This document shows, piece after piece, positions 59,201 to 64,000 of a stretch of 64,000 nucleotides of DNA. Under the pieces are notes generated by a model, which saw nothing but the letters and a program-made list of their open reading frames with translations, did no database searches and was not told the DNA's origin. The position numbers and the translations under genes were made by a program. Source of the DNA: a virus (Duplodnaviria > Caudoviricetes); IMG/VR virus record IMGVR_UViG_3300032030_000030, positions 32,001 through 96,000 of that record. One strand, written 5' to 3'. Each line of letters opens with the position of its first letter. Position 1 is the first letter of the stretch.

Positions 59201-60306
59201 TATATGGAGACCCAACCGACCCACCTGAGACTACATCGACCACAACAACTACGGCATCAAACAATCCACCTGATGGGTACCCGTATGATTGGGTTACAGG
59301 ACTTGACCCGTCGAAGAATGCTGGCAATCCAGCATTTGAATCTGGAAGGAATGGCAGTATATCTACTGGAGAGCGCAGGTCTTGGCAAGAGGTGTACAAG
59401 AATGTAATGAGGCCATCACTTAACGAAAACATCGACGCTATGCCAAAGGCAATGACTGTTACAGATAAAGATTTGCCAACCTTGGGAATGACAATCAATA
59501 TGGAGCCAGGATATAATACGTATGATGGTCCAGAATATAATCCGTCTCTTATGAAAACGTCTTGGTTAAGATACGCTCCAGTTGCAGGTGCTTTTGTGAA
59601 TGTGGCAAATGATATGGCAGGTAAGAATGCTCCAGACTTCTCTTTGGTAGACAGATTGTCTGCCGAAGCAAATAAGGGTACGTTTGTTCCAGTGTCGTCT
59701 ACTCCTGTTGGTAATTATTTGGCATATAGACCATTGGATATTAATTATCAACTTAACAAAATCAATGCTCAGGCTAACGCTACAAATAGGGCATTAGAGA
59801 ACGCATCTGGAGGCAATAGAAATAACTACATCGCAAATCTTTTAGCAGCTGATTACAATGCACAACTTGGCATAGGAGAGGCAATAAGAAAAGCTGAAGA
59901 ATCTAACATTGCTCAAAACCAAGTTGTTGAGAACTTCAATAGGGACACCAATAAGTTCAATTCAGAAGAAGACCTCAAGGCACAGATGGCTAACCAGGCA
60001 GCACTTGCTTCTTTGAGACAGTTCAAACTTTCAGGATTGAGTGATGCAGCAAAACTTAGGTACCAGATGCAGATGGATGATTTGTCGAGGAGACACGCCA
60101 ACTTCACTTCGTTGTTTAACAATCTTGGAGAAGTCGGCAGAGACGCACTTAATTACAATATGGTTATGTCTAATCCTGCACTTCTTTACGCTTTGTCAAA
60201 GAATGGTAAAGTTGACTATAAAGGCGAGACTGCTTATGACAAAGATGAGAAAGCGTCAAAGAAAAAGCAGAAGAAAACTAAGAGCGATGAAGATGCCACT
60301 GCTTGA
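56203..60306 (+). CDS. Virion cargo/ejection protein with glycine-zipper segment
   Basis: GGTHEQNP.MGV..G..NLVEEGEV, LRYAPV, glycine zipper, repeated xxxGG motifs. Confidence 0.75.
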   Translation: MAKKRTEQSGVNSRPPVASGELTNEQQMIMANIQANPRLLFMPEYAQWRDYYRRNSQNYVDSLFNNLPKEVQDDIYNNDRAGFGALSDKAKNAYRGDKGASMTREGMKEAGNTIGNVFWDEVAPYIPVLGTGKDWYDFYQDPTLGNLSWALIGTAADSGIVRGAKRIVNGFKGRQIVDNIDNVADARKRQFASNFDLGKGDANVDLSDLTKRGLISADDAADYADRIRKAGKRDIQPILDEIKSKTRNEITKGVAQTVGGLGVDTFIANEQQLQNEGLEPWIINISNQPWSKYTIEDIPLMLRGEEPDNIDYSKTIRAHGGVIQQTGNSNMRRRIQSPANIFVAGGIADQLNLFETGGPGEFGWTGQQINNNIVDRSAIDSPMTNYLSSIKTNQPSGNLVTTTPDYVKNTGTASYRQKSDLSNLNADNLIAGATGIIGGTIGNATLTSKNQQLKNQFADESSTATSLTNNNQFNYGASTTTGLLNQIKTNPISRITPNDAVVNWKDLRPSKGQQWANAGKAAGSGAAIGGMIGTIGGPVGTAIGAGIGAVIGGASAAIGSLFGRRKAKKEAAAREAERQRTIALQNYANTAMASQNQYAINNAVTAQENLASNMQQANFHAYGGPIDPDDEEVEIPSTTAVNNVRPDLDSALMVNNRIDELMRKNARTTDQMTYDEVKTKTNQMLDAYSDPTRFKNTDMAEYVGGNGLGFGGMFDITPTSFGLANQQMNISRQNTIDKIKMNDGLNINKFDFGGMATMPMSANPDITEINAGGTHEQNPNMGVQVGVDSRGVPNLVEEGEVIWKRPSNTLMGKNIFANGGQGNTEYVFSNRWYPTDDLLAEVGIAKKSNSKGKPKEPTKSYADRAKEINKQAKERPNDVITKNTINKDLEKLANAQEKERAMREAQAAAQEQAARRNMAMGLGSLMGQGMNPMQNMIAQRQQNAPNEDQSLTEYNRGGTPMMMAYGGPKNLFAYPTNNPLINNPKYGYSTYDPLSNSRTIYGDPTDPPETTSTTTTTASNNPPDGYPYDWVTGLDPSKNAGNPAFESGRNGSISTGERRSWQEVYKNVMRPSLNENIDAMPKAMTVTDKDLPTLGMTINMEPGYNTYDGPEYNPSLMKTSWLRYAPVAGAFVNVANDMAGKNAPDFSLVDRLSAEANKGTFVPVSSTPVGNYLAYRPLDINYQLNKINAQANATNRALENASGGNRNNYIANLLAADYNAQLGIGEAIRKAEESNIAQNQVVENFNRDTNKFNSEEDLKAQMANQAALASLRQFKLSGLSDAAKLRYQMQMDDLSRRHANFTSLFNNLGEVGRDALNYNMVMSNPALLYALSKNGKVDYKGETAYDKDEKASKKKQKKTKSDEDATA

Positions 60307-60322
60307 TAAATTATTTTACTCT

Positions 60323-60358
60323 ATTGCGCTGTAAAATTTATTAGGTAAATTTGCAGCG
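60323..60358 (+). promoter_or_regulatory. Promoter embedded in inverted repeat
   Basis: ATTG, 19-nt spacer, TAAATTTG; CGCTGTAAAATTTA/TAAATTTGCAGCG arms. Confidence 0.6.
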
Positions 60359-60365
60359 AACAATC

Positions 60366-60402
60366 AAACGTCTTAGGTTGTTCGGTCAATCTAAGGCGTT
60401 TT
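60366..60402 (+). terminator. 15-bp hairpin (terminator or 5' leader stem)
   Basis: AAACGTCTTAGGTTG..CAATCTAAGGCGTTT. Confidence 0.55.
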
Positions 60403-60433
60403 ATATATTTGATAATATTAAAATTACAATATA

Positions 60434-62710
60434 ATGGCTTACAGTTGGGAAGTGGGGTCTACTCCTACATTCAGGGCGTTGTCTTACGAAGACTGGGCAA
60501 AACCTCTAAGGGAAGCCACAGAATTTCATAGGGACATAGAACAGCAATATGCTGACTTGGATGCGCAGGCTTCTGTGTGGGAAAAGTTAGCTAACGATGT
60601 AAGGGGAAAAGATTCACAAGCATACAAGATATATAAGAACTATGCAGACGACTTACAATCTCAGGCAGACGACTTTGCAAGGCACGGTCTGAAATATAGT
60701 TCAAGGAAAAGAATGTTCGATATAAGGGCAAGATATGCAAAAGAGATAATGCCTATCGACGAAGCGTGGAAACGTAAGGAGGAAGCGTCAAGATGGGAAA
60801 GGGAAATGATGCTGAAGAATCCTAATCTTAGGTTTATGCGTCATGCAGACGAAGAATCTATTGATGCGTTCCTTGCTAATCCAGAATGGAAGGCTGGTGC
60901 TGTCGATATGAAAGAATTGTACGCAAAGGTTGCAGGAGAGGCTGGTGCGTTGAAGGAACAGTTGATACAGAATCTTGAAGGAATAACTCAGATACAAAAA
61001 CAAAAATCAGAGGGCAAAATAACTGAGGCTGAGGCAGAAGCAAGGCAAACGCAGTTGCTTGAAACAGAGAATAGTGGTTATCTTAAATATTTTATCCAGC
61101 ACGGATTGACTCCTGCTGAAGTACAAAGACAACTTGCAAGTAAAGATAGTTTCCTCAGCACTCTTATTATGTCAGATATAATGGGTTCTGGCATAAAAGA
61201 TATGGAACACGGCTATTATTATGACGATGCAGACGCAAGGCAGGCAAGGTTTGAAAGAAATTACCAATCAATCTATGACTATCTTAAAGGAGCGGCATTT
61301 GCTTCTGTTGGTAAAACAGATGTTAACTTCCTTAAAGACGAAGCGAAACTCCTTAACAATCAGATTGCATCGAGTGAAAGAATTGCTGCGGCAAACAGAT
61401 GGATGCAGTGGAAAATTGCAAACGCTGGTAATGATAAAAATAAAGATGCAACACCTTATGCAAAGGGTTATGACCCAACATACGGAGATGCTTCTGCAAA
61501 AGAAACTCTTTTAAGACTTTCTGCATACAATAATATCAAGAAATTGAATCCTGGTGCAGAAATGACTAAGGCTGCATATGATAAGGTTATAGACCAATTG
61601 GTAGGAACATATGGACCTATTGAAACGATAGACTTTACAAATCCTTTAGTACAATCAGAAATAACCAAAGCAATAAGTGGACTCGGAGAAGGCGAAAGTT
61701 TGGCTGGCAAAAACATCGACTGGGATTCTTACAATAAAGAAATGGATGCGATTAAAGCAAAATATAATTTGCCAGACGGTGCGCATTCTTATGGTGTACA
61801 AAGAGAGATAGATAAATTAACAAAACAGTTAAGAGAAAAATATTTTGGCGCAGACATTGATTTGTATGATATTGCAAAGTCTAACAGACAAACTGCTACC
61901 AAGTATGGTCTTGATGAATCGACAGGATATAACGGTACAGGAACTGATTATGGCTATATGGCAGACTTCGCAAGAGAACAAGCAAATGAGTCTGTACATT
62001 CTGGCAATATAATAACCCTTAATTCTTCCAATGACCAGGCGGCTATTGAAAAGGTCAAGAACATATTGAAGACTATTCCTGAAAGCGAAACTCCAGTAAG
62101 GGAAGTAAACAATGCTGGCAAGACAGTAGACAACAAGGCTATGACTATACCTGAGTTACTTGCCATTATGGACCAGAAAAAGGATAGTGATGGTAATGGA
62201 GTTCAATCCATTGACTTTGAAATCGTTGATACAGATAGACTTCATAATGTAATAGCGGTTACTGGAACGGACGGCAAGACGAGAAGATTCGACATTCCGT
62301 TGAACGCTGGTAATAACAAGGAAGAAATAAATCTGTTGTTTGGTAATCCAGGCGGTCAATATAATACAGGAAAAGACTGGGAGAAATCAACGGCAAGTAT
62401 TGTATGGCGTCTTGCTGATAAGTCGGAAAAGTATTATAATAAGAAAGACAGGAAGGCTCTTGTTGACGCAGGACTTGTTCAATACACAAGGGCATCAAAC
62501 GGAACGTTAATTCCAAAAACAGATGCCAATGGCAAGCCTATACCGATGACAAGGCAACAACTGCAAGATTTTAGAAAACTGTTTACGCAGAACTACGCAG
62601 ACAATGTTGTATTTGGCTTTAATAAAGGCTATCAGGCTTCAAGAACTCATAATGACCAGTATGCTAAACTTTATTATACACTTGCTGCAAATACAGGATA
62701 CGGTAGTTAA
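60434..62710 (+). CDS. Virion cargo protein (758 aa)
   Basis: F.ALSYEDWAKPL..ASVWEKLA..Y.KEI.PI pattern; synteny. Confidence 0.6.
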   Translation: MAYSWEVGSTPTFRALSYEDWAKPLREATEFHRDIEQQYADLDAQASVWEKLANDVRGKDSQAYKIYKNYADDLQSQADDFARHGLKYSSRKRMFDIRARYAKEIMPIDEAWKRKEEASRWEREMMLKNPNLRFMRHADEESIDAFLANPEWKAGAVDMKELYAKVAGEAGALKEQLIQNLEGITQIQKQKSEGKITEAEAEARQTQLLETENSGYLKYFIQHGLTPAEVQRQLASKDSFLSTLIMSDIMGSGIKDMEHGYYYDDADARQARFERNYQSIYDYLKGAAFASVGKTDVNFLKDEAKLLNNQIASSERIAAANRWMQWKIANAGNDKNKDATPYAKGYDPTYGDASAKETLLRLSAYNNIKKLNPGAEMTKAAYDKVIDQLVGTYGPIETIDFTNPLVQSEITKAISGLGEGESLAGKNIDWDSYNKEMDAIKAKYNLPDGAHSYGVQREIDKLTKQLREKYFGADIDLYDIAKSNRQTATKYGLDESTGYNGTGTDYGYMADFAREQANESVHSGNIITLNSSNDQAAIEKVKNILKTIPESETPVREVNNAGKTVDNKAMTIPELLAIMDQKKDSDGNGVQSIDFEIVDTDRLHNVIAVTGTDGKTRRFDIPLNAGNNKEEINLLFGNPGGQYNTGKDWEKSTASIVWRLADKSEKYYNKKDRKALVDAGLVQYTRASNGTLIPKTDANGKPIPMTRQQLQDFRKLFTQNYADNVVFGFNKGYQASRTHNDQYAKLYYTLAANTGYGS

Positions 62711-62731
62711 TAACTTTAAAATTGCAAAGAA

Positions 62732-64000
62732 ATGGGCGAAGACGAATTGAATAATCAACAGATACAAGACCCTTCTGAGATAGGAACAGAAGGGCTTTCT
62801 GGGATGAATAAATATAGCACTGACCAAGGAATGAATATGACTCGTCAGGCTATGGATATGATGAGGTCGTTGCAACGCAGGGATGGTGCAATAGGTTCTG
62901 TGCAAGAATTTATGCAACCATTTCATCAGTTTGAAGATATTGGCGAGCATTATGATTTAGGTAACACTCCTGGTCTTGGCGAGTCTACATTCGACGACCA
63001 AATAACATCTGTTGGTCAGTTAGAGAAACTTGATGACACACGAGGATTGTTGCAGCCTTGGTATGCAAAGTGGGGTGCTGGCTTTGGCAAGATGGTCGGA
63101 CTTACTGCTACAACATTCCTTGACCAAACAATAGGTACCATTTGGGGCATTGGTGCCATTGCTAATAGTTTTATACAGGGAGATGGCAGAGGGTTTTCTG
63201 CATTCTACGACAATGATATGTCGAACTACCTTCGTGATGTAGAAGAAGAAATGGAGAAGGTGATGCCTAACTATCGTACAGACCTTGAAAAGACCAATGC
63301 TTGGTATCAGAATCTTGGTACTGCAAACTTCTGGGCTGACACCATATTTAAAAACGCTGGCTTTACAATAGGCACTGCTCTTGCAACAGCCGCTACTATG
63401 GGAGCATCTTCTGCACTTACGGGCGGAAGACTTGCAATCGGAACTGAGACTGGCTTGATGAGTAGAGGGTTGGGTGCTGCTGCAAGGGGTGCGACAAGAG
63501 TTTCAGGTGCTGCTGCCACTGCACTCGGTGAGGCTACCTCTGCTGTAGGCGGTGAAGCTAAACTTGCAGCAAGAGGTTTCCGTATTATGGGACAGCCATT
63601 GGAGAGAGTTGTGACCGAACAAGGTATAACTGAATTAAGGAACTATTCAGTTGGAACTAAACTTGGTGTATCAATGGCAAGTGCATTAGGCGAAACCCAC
63701 TCTACTGCATCCATTAACTTGAATCAATGGAGGCAGAACTCTCAGCAGAATAGAACTATGGAGGCTATGGAGCAAGTGAGAGGTCTTGACGAATGGAAAG
63801 AGAAGATGCTTTTTAACGTAGATAATGACATAGATTCTGTCGATGATGAAATCAAAAAGAACTTTGATGAGAACGAATATCGCAATGCAAGCAAGGAAAT
63901 GAAGAAGAATATGATTGAGTCAGTCTATCAAAGCAAGGTTGACAATATCATTTCTACAAGAGATTTTATGATTGCCGAAGATGACAGAAGGTCTAAGGTT
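62732..64000 (+). CDS. N-terminus of a giant virion cargo protein (3'-truncated, absent from ORF track)
   Basis: Hand translation MGEDELNNQQ..QPWYAKWGAGFGK..MPNYRT..NFWADTIFKNAGFTIG; frame open at both ends checked. Confidence 0.8.
   Translation, partial: MGEDELNNQQIQDPSEIGTEGLSGMNKYSTDQGMNMTRQAMDMMRSLQRRDGAIGSVQEFMQPFHQFEDIGEHYDLGNTPGLGESTFDDQITSVGQLEKLDDTRGLLQPWYAKWGAGFGKMVGLTATTFLDQTIGTIWGIGAIANSFIQGDGRGFSAFYDNDMSNYLRDVEEEMEKVMPNYRTDLEKTNAWYQNLGTANFWADTIFKNAGFTIGTALATAATMGASSALTGGRLAIGTETGLMSRGLGAAARGATRVSGAAATALGEATSAVGGEAKLAARGFRIMGQPLERVVTEQGITELRNYSVGTKLGVSMASALGETHSTASINLNQWRQNSQQNRTMEAMEQVRGLDEWKEKMLFNVDNDIDSVDDEIKKNFDENEYRNASKEMKKNMIESVYQSKVDNIISTRDFMIAEDDRRSKV

Noticed and set aside
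442-63519. Numerous short minus-strand ORFs and + ORFs at 19261-19986
   Set aside because: Antisense shadows of long genes with no independent signals.
1-64000. Stop-codon reassignment (TAG=Gln or TGA=Trp) as in some crAss-like clades
   Set aside because: Late genes are intact in the standard code, TAG and TGA end well-packed genes, and no suppressor tRNA was found.
62732-64000. Window end joining directly to window start as a closed circle
   Set aside because: Direct joining gives GTT-TAA and the frames do not match, so sequence is missing between the ends.

Overview
The window is part of a crAss-like (Crassvirales) phage genome, standard genetic code, almost entirely on the + strand. Bacteroidota-type TAnnTTTG promoters point to a Bacteroidota host. 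Order: 5'-truncated giant virion RNA polymerase (DFDVD) and a second giant virion protein (1-13230); a 7-kb accessory/non-coding block (13.3-20.3 kb); a tRNA cluster; HU-like, GroES-like and terminase genes; portal; fibres; a glycosylation cassette; an uncharacterised cassette; scaffold, MCP, ring/hub/muzzle tail genes; cargo proteins, the last running off the window. The most unusual part is 13.3-20.3 kb. It holds a ~850-nt ORF-free, densely base-paired candidate large ncRNA with loop-loop complementarities and its own terminator; two convergent paralogous ~200-aa SSB-like genes whose 3' flanks share an exact 17-mer; an origin-like repeat/A-tract region; and a NADAR gene. It also sits where crAss-like phages normally carry a large replication module, yet no DNA polymerase, primase, helicase or ligase is recognisable anywhere in the window. 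Protein calls come from motif recognition and synteny, and RNA folds from manual pairing; no database search or folding program was run.
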